Part shown: positions 1-6,958 of the stretch, one piece after another
How positions within the stretch are numbered: position 1 is the stretch's first letter
How the letters are laid out: every line of letters begins with the position of its first letter
Notes under the pieces: generated by a model
The model's database searches: none
What the model was told of the DNA's origin: nothing
The model's input: the letters and a program-made list of their open reading frames with translations, nothing else
Source of the DNA: a virus
Lineage: Duplodnaviria > Caudoviricetes
Direction: 5' to 3' (one strand)
DNA length: 30,912 nt
Virus record (IMG/VR): IMGVR_UViG_3300038393_001732
Location: 1 to 30,912 of that record
Position numbers and translations under genes: made by a program

Positions 1-1
1 C

Positions 2-217
2 TATCTTGCGACGCTCGGCGCGCTGGTTGTCGTGTTCTGCCTCGCCTTGGTGGCTGGCGTGATCAGTGGCGCGGTTATCGGCAAGATCGAGGCGTTCGGC
101 CTCGGCACCATCACCGGCGGCCTGATTGGCGTCCTGCGCATCCCTGCGGCGCAACGCAGCGCAACCGGCACGACCGAGACCGGCGACATCAATATGGCAC
201 CCGGAGACCCGAAATGA
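2..217 (+). CDS. 5'-truncated small membrane protein, probable holin
   Basis: Frame open from window start (YLATLGALVVVFCLALVAGVISG...GLGTITGGLIGVLR); two hydrophobic segments; stop overlaps the ATG of the lipoprotein gene (ATGA). Confidence 0.5.
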   Translation, partial: YLATLGALVVVFCLALVAGVISGAVIGKIEAFGLGTITGGLIGVLRIPAAQRSATGTTETGDINMAPGDPK

Positions 218-567
218 TCCGCCTACTTCCCCTCGCGCTGCTGGCTCTAACCCTTCCCGGATGCTCTGCACTCGGCGCGCTTAAAGGCGAACCCGCAACC
301 GTCGCGAACCAGACCGTGCTCGACGAGAAGCTCGCGATCGGCGTCGAGCTTGCGTACCAGGCGGCGGGTCAGGCGGTGCTGACCCTCAATCAGGTGCGCC
401 CGTTCTCGCCGGAGATGAAGGAGCGGGTCAAGGCCGCCGACAGGACGGCCTATGAGGCCGTGGTCGCCGTCAGGGCCGCATATGCCGCTGGCAACGCCTC
501 ATCCTACTCCATGGCCGCTGCGCAGGCTCAGAGCGCCGTTGCGAAGCTTCTCGCGATCATCAGCTAA
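214..567 (+). CDS. Lipoprotein in the lysis region (possible outer-membrane lysis/spanin-like role)
   Basis: Signal peptide with lipobox MIRLLPLALLALTLPG|C, Ala-rich helical body, follows the holin-like gene. Confidence 0.6.
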   Translation: MIRLLPLALLALTLPGCSALGALKGEPATVANQTVLDEKLAIGVELAYQAAGQAVLTLNQVRPFSPEMKERVKAADRTAYEAVVAVRAAYAAGNASSYSMAAAQAQSAVAKLLAIIS

Positions 568-578
568 AGGAACCCGCC

Positions 579-758
579 ATGTTCGACATCATTCTCGGCG
601 CGATCAAGCTCGCCGGCTCGGAACTCCCCGCGTTCAAGTCGCTGTTCGATGGCGTCGTCGGCACGCTGCACGAAAGCGATCAGGCCAAGCTCAAGGCCGC
701 CTATGCCGAGCAGATGGCGAAGAGCGATGCTGTTCATCAGCGTGTGCAGGATATGTGA
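579..758 (+). CDS. 59-aa hypothetical protein (MFDIILGAIKLAGSELPAFK...VHQRVQDM)
   Basis: AAGGA RBS at 567-571, ATG 579, TGA 756-758, strong GC3 codon bias; below the ORF-track size cutoff. Confidence 0.75.
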   Translation: MFDIILGAIKLAGSELPAFKSLFDGVVGTLHESDQAKLKAAYAEQMAKSDAVHQRVQDM

Positions 759-768
759 AGGAGAACGA

Positions 769-887
769 CAATGCGTAGCGAAGGTCGGGGCGGCGGACGC
801 TCGGGCGACGGCGGAAGTGCATTCTAGCGTCCGGCCGAAGCTTCTCGGCATATTCTGAATGCGCGTGAACCCGACAGTAGGGCGTTG
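769..887 (+). ncRNA. Candidate structured RNA with a pseudoknot
   Basis: Pairings found by eye: 769-774/882-887, 784-789/870-875, 794-801/826-833, 834-838/845-849, and crossing 817-824/857-864; lies immediately before a terminator. Confidence 0.35.
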
Positions 888-917
888 AAGGGGCTGGCCG
901 AAAGGCTGGCCCCTTTT
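888..917 (+). terminator. Intrinsic terminator ending the late/lysis transcript
   Basis: AAGGGGCTGGCC-GAAA-GGCTGGCCCCTT stem (two G-U pairs) ending in a short T run. Confidence 0.75.
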
Positions 918-971
918 GCGTTCCACGCGCTATCCCGGCATCATGTGGAAGCGCGAGGATGGACGGGGCAC

Positions 972-1003
972 AAAAAAGGGGCGGGAGCCGTAGCTCCCGC
1001 CCC
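972..1003 (-). terminator. Intrinsic terminator of the minus-strand accessory operon
   Basis: GGGGCGGGAGC-CGTA-GCTCCCGCCCC perfect stem with A6 to its left (U-tract on the minus strand). Confidence 0.85.
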
Positions 1004-1036
1004 CGCCCCCGCCCCCTCGGCGGCGCTGGTGGCCGG

Positions 1037-1249
1037 CTACTCGCCGTAGTAGCCGCTATAGTCGCCCTCGTCGCCGTTCCCCTCGCCCGGATCGGGCTCA
1101 AGGTCTGGATCGCCGTCCAGCTCGTCCAGACGCTCAATCAAGCGCGCGGTGAGCCTCGCCAGCACGGGGCGGGGTAGGCTCGGGATAGCCCCTAGGATCA
1201 CTCCTAGGGGCTCGTCGGCGGAAGGGAGGCGTACTGTCCGGGCGCTCAT
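1037..1249 (-). CDS. Hypothetical protein with acidic tail (LDELDGDPDLE motif)
   Basis: Last gene of a translationally coupled operon (4-nt overlap); motif resembles small alphaproteobacterial prophage proteins. Confidence 0.7.
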   Translation of the reverse strand: MSARTVRLPSADEPLGVILGAIPSLPRPVLARLTARLIERLDELDGDPDLEPDPGEGNGDEGDYSGYYGE

Positions 1250-1656
1250 GCGTCACCCATAAGCAGAACGAACCGCCGCGCCGCCGCCTTCGCTGCGAGC
1301 GATATTTGCTCAGGCTGGTCAAGCAGCTCGCGCGCCTCGTGAAAGGCCTCTGCCCAAGCATCGGACGCTGCAATACTATCGACGGCGCTAAGCATCGCTT
1401 CCAGCCGTTCGGCTGCACTCTGCTCGGCGATTGGAAACGCGCCCGCAACGACGCTCCGCGACAGTTCCTCGCGCCACCATTTCAGGCGCTCGGGCACGAT
1501 GGCACAGGCCATTGAGCAAATCGAACAACCTTGGTCACACGCCGGATTGGACAGGAGCAACGCCCCCTCCTTTATAGGGAGGGGGCGCGCGGCGAGCTTG
1601 GCTTCGAACATGGCCACATTGCTCTCGCATGCGGCGCGATTGATGGGCGCTCTCAT
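1246..1656 (-). CDS. Hypothetical protein with Cys cluster (CDQGCSICSMAC)
   Basis: ATGA-type overlaps at both ends; GGGGG RBS-like sequence upstream. Confidence 0.65.
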   Translation of the reverse strand: MRAPINRAACESNVAMFEAKLAARPLPIKEGALLLSNPACDQGCSICSMACAIVPERLKWWREELSRSVVAGAFPIAEQSAAERLEAMLSAVDSIAASDAWAEAFHEARELLDQPEQISLAAKAAARRFVLLMGDA

Positions 1657-2075
1657 AGTTCGCCCCCTTCGATCTCAATGCGCCCGCCCTCGGGGTATTC
1701 CACGTAGAAGCGCGGCCCAAGCCAATCCCGCGCTCGCTTGCAGAGCGCGCGCTGGAACGCGGCCTTGCCCGTTACCGAGCTAAGCGCGAGATTCGCCTTC
1801 AGCGTTTCCCGCACCGCTTCGGGCAGGTTGCTAAAGATGGTGGAGGCGATGAGAAGCGCCATGTCGCCGCTTTCGACGTTCTCGGCCTCGGCGTCGGCTT
1901 CAACGTCCTTGAGGCTGACGACGTTGAAGGGGCGGCGGATGCCGTTCTCATCGAATTGAGCTAGAAGGCTCAGGTCTCCGGCGCCGTTGAATGGGCTGCG
2001 AGCCAGTCGCTTGCGGCCCTTCATCACCCCCTTCGGAAAGGGGATGATGGCGGCGGTCTGTGGGTTGGACTGCAT
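1653..2075 (-). CDS. Hypothetical protein (MQSNPQTAAIIPFPKG...)
   Basis: Start reassigned to ATG at 2075, with GGGGAGG RBS and 2 nt after the upstream stop. Confidence 0.7.
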   Translation of the reverse strand: MQSNPQTAAIIPFPKGVMKGRKRLARSPFNGAGDLSLLAQFDENGIRRPFNVVSLKDVEADAEAENVESGDMALLIASTIFSNLPEAVRETLKANLALSSVTGKAAFQRALCKRARDWLGPRFYVEYPEGGRIEIEGGEL

Positions 2076-2077
2076 GG

Positions 2078-2281
2078 TCAATCCTCCCCTTCGATGACGT
2101 TCTGCTCGCCAGCGGCGTAGCGCTCCAACGCGCGCTTGAGGGTGGCGCGCAGGGCCTCCACCGTCTTGACGGACATCGCCTGTTCGATGCTCTCGCCCCC
2201 GCTGCGGGTGCGCAGGGTGGCGATGCCGTCGCTGATCTCGACCGCGTAGCGGCCGACGTGGGGGATGAAGGGGGCGCTCAT
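2078..2281 (-). CDS. Hypothetical protein
   Basis: 67 aa, GGAGG RBS, coupled to its neighbours. Confidence 0.7.
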   Translation of the reverse strand: MSAPFIPHVGRYAVEISDGIATLRTRSGGESIEQAMSVKTVEALRATLKRALERYAAGEQNVIEGED

Positions 2282-2481
2282 GACAACACCTCCATCTCTT
2301 CGATGAGCCAGCCGCGGACGAGCAGCCGCTCGCCGGTGTCGTTGCAGATCGCGGTAAACTCGCCGTCAAGGTCGGCGTCCGCCGCGACCGTCACGTCAAG
2401 GTCGCTGATGCCGTCCGTCATCCAATAGCGGATCGGCGGTTCGCCTTCTGCCGTTTGCGGCACTGTGGTATAGTCGCTCAT
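2278..2481 (-). CDS. Hypothetical acidic protein, first gene of the operon
   Basis: 67 aa, GAGGGA RBS, preceded by a leader hairpin at 2513-2547. Confidence 0.7.
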   Translation of the reverse strand: MSDYTTVPQTAEGEPPIRYWMTDGISDLDVTVAADADLDGEFTAICNDTGERLLVRGWLIEEMEVLS

Positions 2482-2549
2482 AGTCGTGTCCCTCGTGTCA
2501 GGGTTGCGATCAGAGCCGGGGCGGAGGGTGCAACCTCGCCTCGGCTCGC

Positions 2550-2633
2550 CCGTTACGTAACGGAGCCGTTAACCATGGTCAAGCCTTGTTACGTAACGCG
2601 GAGTGGGCTAGTGCTGTCGTCGTTAGGTAACGG
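2550..2633. promoter_or_regulatory. Three palindromic operator-like sites (GTTACGTAAC core) in a divergent intergenic region
   Basis: CCGTTACGTAACGG 2550-2563, GTTACGTAAC 2588-2597, CGTTAGGTAACGG 2621-2633. Confidence 0.7.
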
Positions 2634-2641
2634 AGACAGGA

Positions 2642-2983
2642 ATGGTTCTCTCAAACGCCGAGCGCCAGAAGCGGCATAGACAGCGGCTCCAAGAGATTGC
2701 GCGGGATGGCGTCACGCCGGAAATGATCGTGGAGGCGGCTCGCCTGCTGTTAGATCATATTCGCGAAGCCGAAGGGCCGCAGACCCGCATCCCTGACTGG
2801 GACGAGTGGCTTGCCGCGGCGCGGACCAAGCGCGGTCGAGGGAACTGGCTGGAGATGCTCCCGGACTTCACCGAAGCGGACAACGATGACGGCTGGATAG
2901 ACGCCAACTTCGGCGCGAAGGCTGATCTAATCCGCAAGGTGTCCGCGGTCGTTCGGGCTGTGAAGTATCCACCCGTCCCATAG
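2642..2983 (+). CDS. Putative DNA-binding regulator (N-terminal SNAERQKRHRQR basic helix)
   Basis: GGAG/AGGA RBS; basic N-terminal motif common in small mobile-element proteins; divergent from the operator-bearing operon. Confidence 0.65.
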   Translation: MVLSNAERQKRHRQRLQEIARDGVTPEMIVEAARLLLDHIREAEGPQTRIPDWDEWLAAARTKRGRGNWLEMLPDFTEADNDDGWIDANFGAKADLIRKVSAVVRAVKYPPVP

Positions 2984-3095
2984 CGGCGAGGCGTCGCCTT
3001 GGGCACCGATTGACGGCGGTGTTCGAGCACTGAAACCCGCGCGAATCCGCCGATTTTTGGTGCATGGACCTGGGCGTCCATGCTATGGTGCGGAA

Positions 3096-3335
3096 ATGGC
3101 ATTTGCGACCCCTTACCGCGCTGATCCTGCATCCTCGGGCGCGAGCGGCGACACACTGACAGCCCAGGCGGCCGAAATGGCGCGGGCTACCGCGGCGCTT
3201 ATTCGGAGGGGCGCTAACGCAGCCGTCACGCTGACCTTAGATTTAGCCGATGCCGAAATGCTGGAACTGCTCGCGAGCGCCGCGACGAGCCGGGTAGTGG
3301 GCCAGAACCCTGGTGGAACCGATGGCGGTCTCTGA
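3096..3335 (+). CDS. Hypothetical protein (MAFATPYRAD...)
   Basis: ATG 6 nt after an extended -10-like TGCTATGGT (3081-3089), possibly leaderless; overlaps the next gene. Confidence 0.45.
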   Translation: MAFATPYRADPASSGASGDTLTAQAAEMARATAALIRRGANAAVTLTLDLADAEMLELLASAATSRVVGQNPGGTDGGL

Positions 3336-3507
3336 CGCGCTCGCCGACGCGGTAGAAAGCATCCGCCAGCAGATGCGCGCCAACCCCGAAGCTTACGCCC
3401 ACCGGAAGGCGTGGATAGACCTGGTGCTGTTCGAGATGGACGAACTGCGCGCCGATCTCGATGGGCCGGCGCCTGTCGATCATCGCTTGCCGAGCCAGAT
3501 AAATTGA
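3322..3507 (+). CDS. Hypothetical protein (MAVSDALADAVES...)
   Basis: GGTGGA RBS-like sequence, helical composition, abuts the next gene. Confidence 0.55.
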   Translation: MAVSDALADAVESIRQQMRANPEAYAHRKAWIDLVLFEMDELRADLDGPAPVDHRLPSQIN

Positions 3508-3747
3508 GTGACCGTCCCAACAACCGATGAGCTGCGCGAAACCCTGGTAGCGATCCTGACGGGCGCAGCGGGCGGAAGCGTGGAGAAGTGGCGCAAGGCA
3601 GTAGGCGAAGTCACCTATCTCCCGCTCGCGGCGAACGTCCGGAGCAATTGGTCGATAGAGCCGCAGGGAAGCGCCAGGGACCGCGAAACCATCGCCAAGG
3701 CTGCCGAGGTCGTTCGGGCTGAGCATCCGTATGTGACGCGGGGCTGA
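3508..3747 (+). CDS. Hypothetical protein (..NVRSNWSIEP..VRAEHPYV)
   Basis: GTG directly after the upstream TGA; natural-looking globular sequence. Confidence 0.65.
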   Translation: MTVPTTDELRETLVAILTGAAGGSVEKWRKAVGEVTYLPLAANVRSNWSIEPQGSARDRETIAKAAEVVRAEHPYVTRG

Positions 3748-4221
3748 GCGAGTAAGCGATATCGCATATGCCTTATTGTGAGGCTCGCTTTGTTCTCGCT
3801 TGCAATGATGTCGAACATATGCAGAATGTCGGTCGGCCCGGCGGTATCCTCTCAAGGATGCTCGGGGCACAGCCGCAAGGCTGCCGTGGCCGTTTTCATC
3901 AGTTGCCGAGCTAAGATTGACCGGGTGGCAAGATGCGCCCGCCGCTCTCCCACGCTCGCCTATGGCGCGACTCCAATCGCGACAGACTGGGATAACGGCG
4001 AGGCGGGAACTTGGAGGTCACCGCCCGGATAGGGACGGCACAATGCCCCGGGTTAACAGATGCACGAACAGACACCTTCAATCGCTCCATGGGACCGACC
4101 CGGCTTCATGGGCAGCGGAACAGTGGACGGTCATGAATGCGGCCTCGTTGGAGGCTGAACATACAGCCGAATTGCAGCGCCGCGACTCGGCGAGCTGTCA
4201 GCGCTGCTCAGCGCCCAGGCC

Positions 4222-4505
4222 TGTACGAGCGTGTACGCGGCCTGTACCGTTGGCGCGATTGGGCTACGTTGGTAACCACGGTTTTCCGTGGGTTTCCACG
4301 GGTCTGCGCGGGGAATGGCGAGTCAGGCCGAAACTGACCAAAACCCGGCGCTAATCGCGGCTATTTAGGCAACAATTTCAAGGCGCTCAGTTATGGTGGA
4401 CAGGGCTGGATTCGAACCAGCGTACGCTCTCGCGGGCAGATTTACAGTCTGCCTGAAACCCACGGTTTTCCGCCATTTCCGGGCTCCATGTACGCTTTGT
4501 GTACG
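4222..4505. repeat. Arm-type integrase/accessory-factor repeats flanking the att core (attP-like)
   Basis: TGTACG at 4222 and 4232, TGTACC at 4243, TGTACG at 4489 and 4500 (10-11 bp spacing); 13-bp direct repeat CCACGGTTTTCCG at 4276 and 4460. Confidence 0.7.
4394..4452 (-). other. att core: 3' half of tRNA-Tyr(GTA), not a complete tRNA
   Basis: Minus strand reads GCAGA-CTGTAAA-TCTGC (anticodon arm), variable arm, GCTGG-TTCGAAT-CCAGC (T arm), CCTGTCC-ACCA; the D arm and 5' acceptor strand are absent. Confidence 0.9.
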
Positions 4506-4605
4506 GTTGAGACTGAAAACACCCCTTCGAAGGGCTCGCCCTGCCACCGATCTGGCTGGCTGCCAAGGCTGCGCTTGCGGGGCGCATGAAGTTGCCAGCG
4601 CTGCT

Positions 4606-4710
4606 TTCATGCGCGTGGTCGAAACCTTCGGAAAATCGGCAACCGTTTCCGATTTTAGCCCTACCGCACTCTACGCCCTCGCTGCGCCATCAACCCCGGA
4701 CGAACTAGTC
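4606..4710 (+). pseudogene. Fragment of a DUF3102-like phage protein
   Basis: FMRVVETFGKSATVSDFSPTALYALAAPSTPDE resembles the conserved tail of that family from memory; the N-terminal part is missing. Confidence 0.55.
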
Positions 4711-4786
4711 GCGGTCGCGGAGGCGCCGGCCTGTGACACCATGTCACAATTTGACCCGGCGACTGGCTGTCCGGCATGATGCGGCG

Positions 4787-4978
4787 ATGACGCCAGAACA
4801 AGAGCGGTGGGCGGAAGCGTTGGCGGTCGAGCGGCTGCACGGTGACGGTGCGCCCGCGTGGATAGCAGAGAGGATCGGGGCGCTGGCGCTCGCCGGGGAT
4901 GTCGCTGGCGTAGAGAGGTTCAGGGAGATAGCTGCACGGCTCGACGAGCTGGCAGGGGCAGGGCAGCCCCGCCAGTAG
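4787..4978 (+). CDS. Small conserved sphingomonad-type hypothetical protein (MTPEQERWAEALAVER..., DUF6961-like)
   Basis: Recognisable motif W-A-E-A-L...IAERIGALALAGDVAGVERF; preceded by TTGACC-N18-CATGAT. Confidence 0.7.
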   Translation: MTPEQERWAEALAVERLHGDGAPAWIAERIGALALAGDVAGVERFREIAARLDELAGAGQPRQ

Positions 4979-5291
4979 CGACGCGACGCCGGGCCGGGCC
5001 GGGCGGAACGGCATACCCCGCAAGGCTTCGACGCTCGGGCAGGGGGCCAGAGTGCCAGGGCGAAGGGCTGCGCGTGTGCGTACCCGAAGAAATGCGGACC
5101 CCACCCCCCCCCTATGCACCCGCTGCGAGAGGCGCCCCCCCTTTTTGGGGAGCACCAATACCCCCGAGCAATTTTCGTTTTCGCCTTTGCCGAAGGGAGC
5201 CTTATTGAAGTTCGTCATCATTTCGTGTAGACAGGGCGCTAGATGCTGCTGGCTTCTTGCTGGTCGCTCGACTCGCTCGCGCTTCCCGATA

Positions 5292-5555
5292 GGGGCACTT
5301 CGCGGGGCACTTCTCGAAAATCCGGGGCACTTCGGGGGCACTCTACGCGCGCTTGGGGCAGATGATATGCCCCTTCTCGGGCGAATTGCCCTAAAATTGC
5401 CCCGCGAGAATTTTCAACGACCGCAGGAGCTTAGGCCAGCGAGTGGGGCACAAGGGCACTTTTTCTTTAAATTGGTGAGTAATAGAAAAAAGAGGAAAAA
5501 AAGAAAGGTAACTGGGAAGTGGCGACGAAAACTGCCGCCCCTCCTAAACTGCCCC
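5292..5555. repeat. GGGGCA(CTT) direct and inverted repeat array with an AT-rich tract
   Basis: Direct copies at 5292, 5304, 5324, 5335, 5355, 5445, 5453; inverted TGCCC(C/T) at 5368, 5387, 5398, 5550; A/T-rich stretch 5460-5510. Confidence 0.8.
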
Positions 5556-5562
5556 TCGTTGG

Positions 5563-6723
5563 CTATGCGAGCAAGGCCTTCTCTGCGCCGTTCGCTAGGG
5601 CCGCGTCGGTCGCTGCGTCGGTCAACAGGTGCCCATAGCAGTCCAACGTGAGCGATATGTTCGCATGCCCGATCCAGACCTGTAGGCGCTTCAAGTCCAC
5701 ACCCTGGGCGATCCATGCGGATGCCGCGGCGTGCCGGAGATCATGCCATCCGTAGCGGCTTGCCCATTTCGTCGCGCCGTTGGCGTCTACGGTTCCGGTG
5801 TCGATCGCAAGCCCGGCCTTGATCTGCACGGCGAGGAACAGCGCGGCCATGGCGCGTTGATCGAGTGGCTTCCCGGCCTTGGTGCAGAACAGCAGGTTCT
5901 TGGGCGATGGCGGACAGCGCAGCTTCCACGCCCGGAGCCGAGCCACCATGTCCGATCCGAGAGGTATGGTCCGCGTTCCAGCTTCGGACTTGGGCTCGCC
6001 GATGTCGCACCAGCGGTCGGCGCGCTGGCTTACCGTGACGGTGCCGCCCCGGAAGTCGATTGAAGGCCACGCGATGCCGCGCAGCTCGCTCTGCCTGAGG
6101 CCAGAGAATGTTGCGAGGCGCGTCATTACGGGCAAGCGGGGGTCTTTCTCCCCGAGGGCGTCTGCGGCGTCGAGCAGCGCCCGGAGATGTTCGCGCGGCG
6201 GGATGACGACGCGCTTCTTGTCGCGCTTCGATCGCCGCACCGTCACGCCCTTGGCGACGTTCTGCGCTACCAGGCCGCGGCGCATGGCGTCGGCGAGGAT
6301 CATGCTCAACCCGCGAACAGCCTTGGCTGCCATCGCGGGCGAGCGCGTCTTGAGCAGCGCATCCTTGAAGGTCTCAATTTTCGGCTGTGTGAGCCGGGAG
6401 AGCTTCTCTTTGCCGAGTAGCGGCTTGATGTGAAGGTCGGCCAGCTCGCGATAGGCCTTGATCGTGCCGCGCTCGAGCCCGTTATTCTCGCCGGTCGAAA
6501 CCCAAAGGTCAGCGGCCTTCGCCACCGTCGTGCTGCTGCTATCGGGCGTGTGAGTGCCGGCCGCAACTTGGCCTTCTGCCTGGATGCGGAAGGCGTCGGC
6601 GTCCCGCTTCAAGGCGAACTGGCGGGTACGGGCCTTGCCGTGCTGATCGACGTATCGGACACGCCACGCCTCCCGCAGAGCCCCATCATCGGTGCGCCAA
6701 GTGCGCCGCTTAACTGTCGCCAT
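5563..6723 (-). CDS. int: Tyrosine recombinase / phage integrase
   Basis: GLRQSEL (R), EPKS (K), HDLRH, IGH, DCYGH (Y); N-terminal arm-binding-like WRVRY...RQF segment; GGAGG RBS. Confidence 0.95.
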   Translation of the reverse strand: MATVKRRTWRTDDGALREAWRVRYVDQHGKARTRQFALKRDADAFRIQAEGQVAAGTHTPDSSSTTVAKAADLWVSTGENNGLERGTIKAYRELADLHIKPLLGKEKLSRLTQPKIETFKDALLKTRSPAMAAKAVRGLSMILADAMRRGLVAQNVAKGVTVRRSKRDKKRVVIPPREHLRALLDAADALGEKDPRLPVMTRLATFSGLRQSELRGIAWPSIDFRGGTVTVSQRADRWCDIGEPKSEAGTRTIPLGSDMVARLRAWKLRCPPSPKNLLFCTKAGKPLDQRAMAALFLAVQIKAGLAIDTGTVDANGATKWASRYGWHDLRHAAASAWIAQGVDLKRLQVWIGHANISLTLDCYGHLLTDAATDAALANGAEKALLA

Positions 6724-6958
6724 TATGGCCTCCTTGCGCAGCGCGCAGCGCCGCGCGCGCTACCGCTGAATTGTGCTGGTCTGCTTCCCAGTCGAAGGTC
6801 AGGTAAAGCCGCTGCTCTACCTCTTGGGCGAGGGACCGGCGATTTGCCCGAGCTGCGTTTTCGACGCGCCGCCGCAAATCGGATGACGTGCGGATATTGA
6901 TTGGAGTGTCCTTGACCGCCTGGCCCTGTCGGGGTCGGCCTCGTGCCCTATTTCCCAT
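6710..6958 (-). CDS. Arc-like ribbon-helix-helix DNA-binding protein
   Basis: PINIRTSSDLRRRVENAARANRRSLAQEVEQRL fits the Arc/Mnt pattern; ATG at 6958 overlaps the upstream stop. Confidence 0.8.
   Translation of the reverse strand: MGNRARGRPRQGQAVKDTPINIRTSSDLRRRVENAARANRRSLAQEVEQRLYLTFDWEADQHNSAVARAALRAAQGGHNGDS

Noticed and set aside
794-864. HDV-like or hammerhead ribozyme identity for the structured RNA
   Set aside because: No P3/L3 element between the P2 and P1' equivalents, and no CUGANGA/GAAA core.
3850-3900. Integrase pseudogene (frameshifted SRMLG/HS)
   Set aside because: Needs a frameshift, and no HxxR or catalytic Tyr context is visible; probably chance.
4394-4480. Complete phage-encoded tRNA-Tyr
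   Set aside because: No D arm or 5' acceptor strand (GGACAGG) beyond 4452; only the 3' half is present.
5292-5345. CRISPR array
   Set aside because: Repeats are only 6-9 nt with 2-11 nt irregular gaps, and there are no cas genes.
4661-5651. ORFs 4661-5341(-) and 5052-5651(+)
   Set aside because: Translations of repeat-rich non-coding DNA with no RBS or recognisable motifs.
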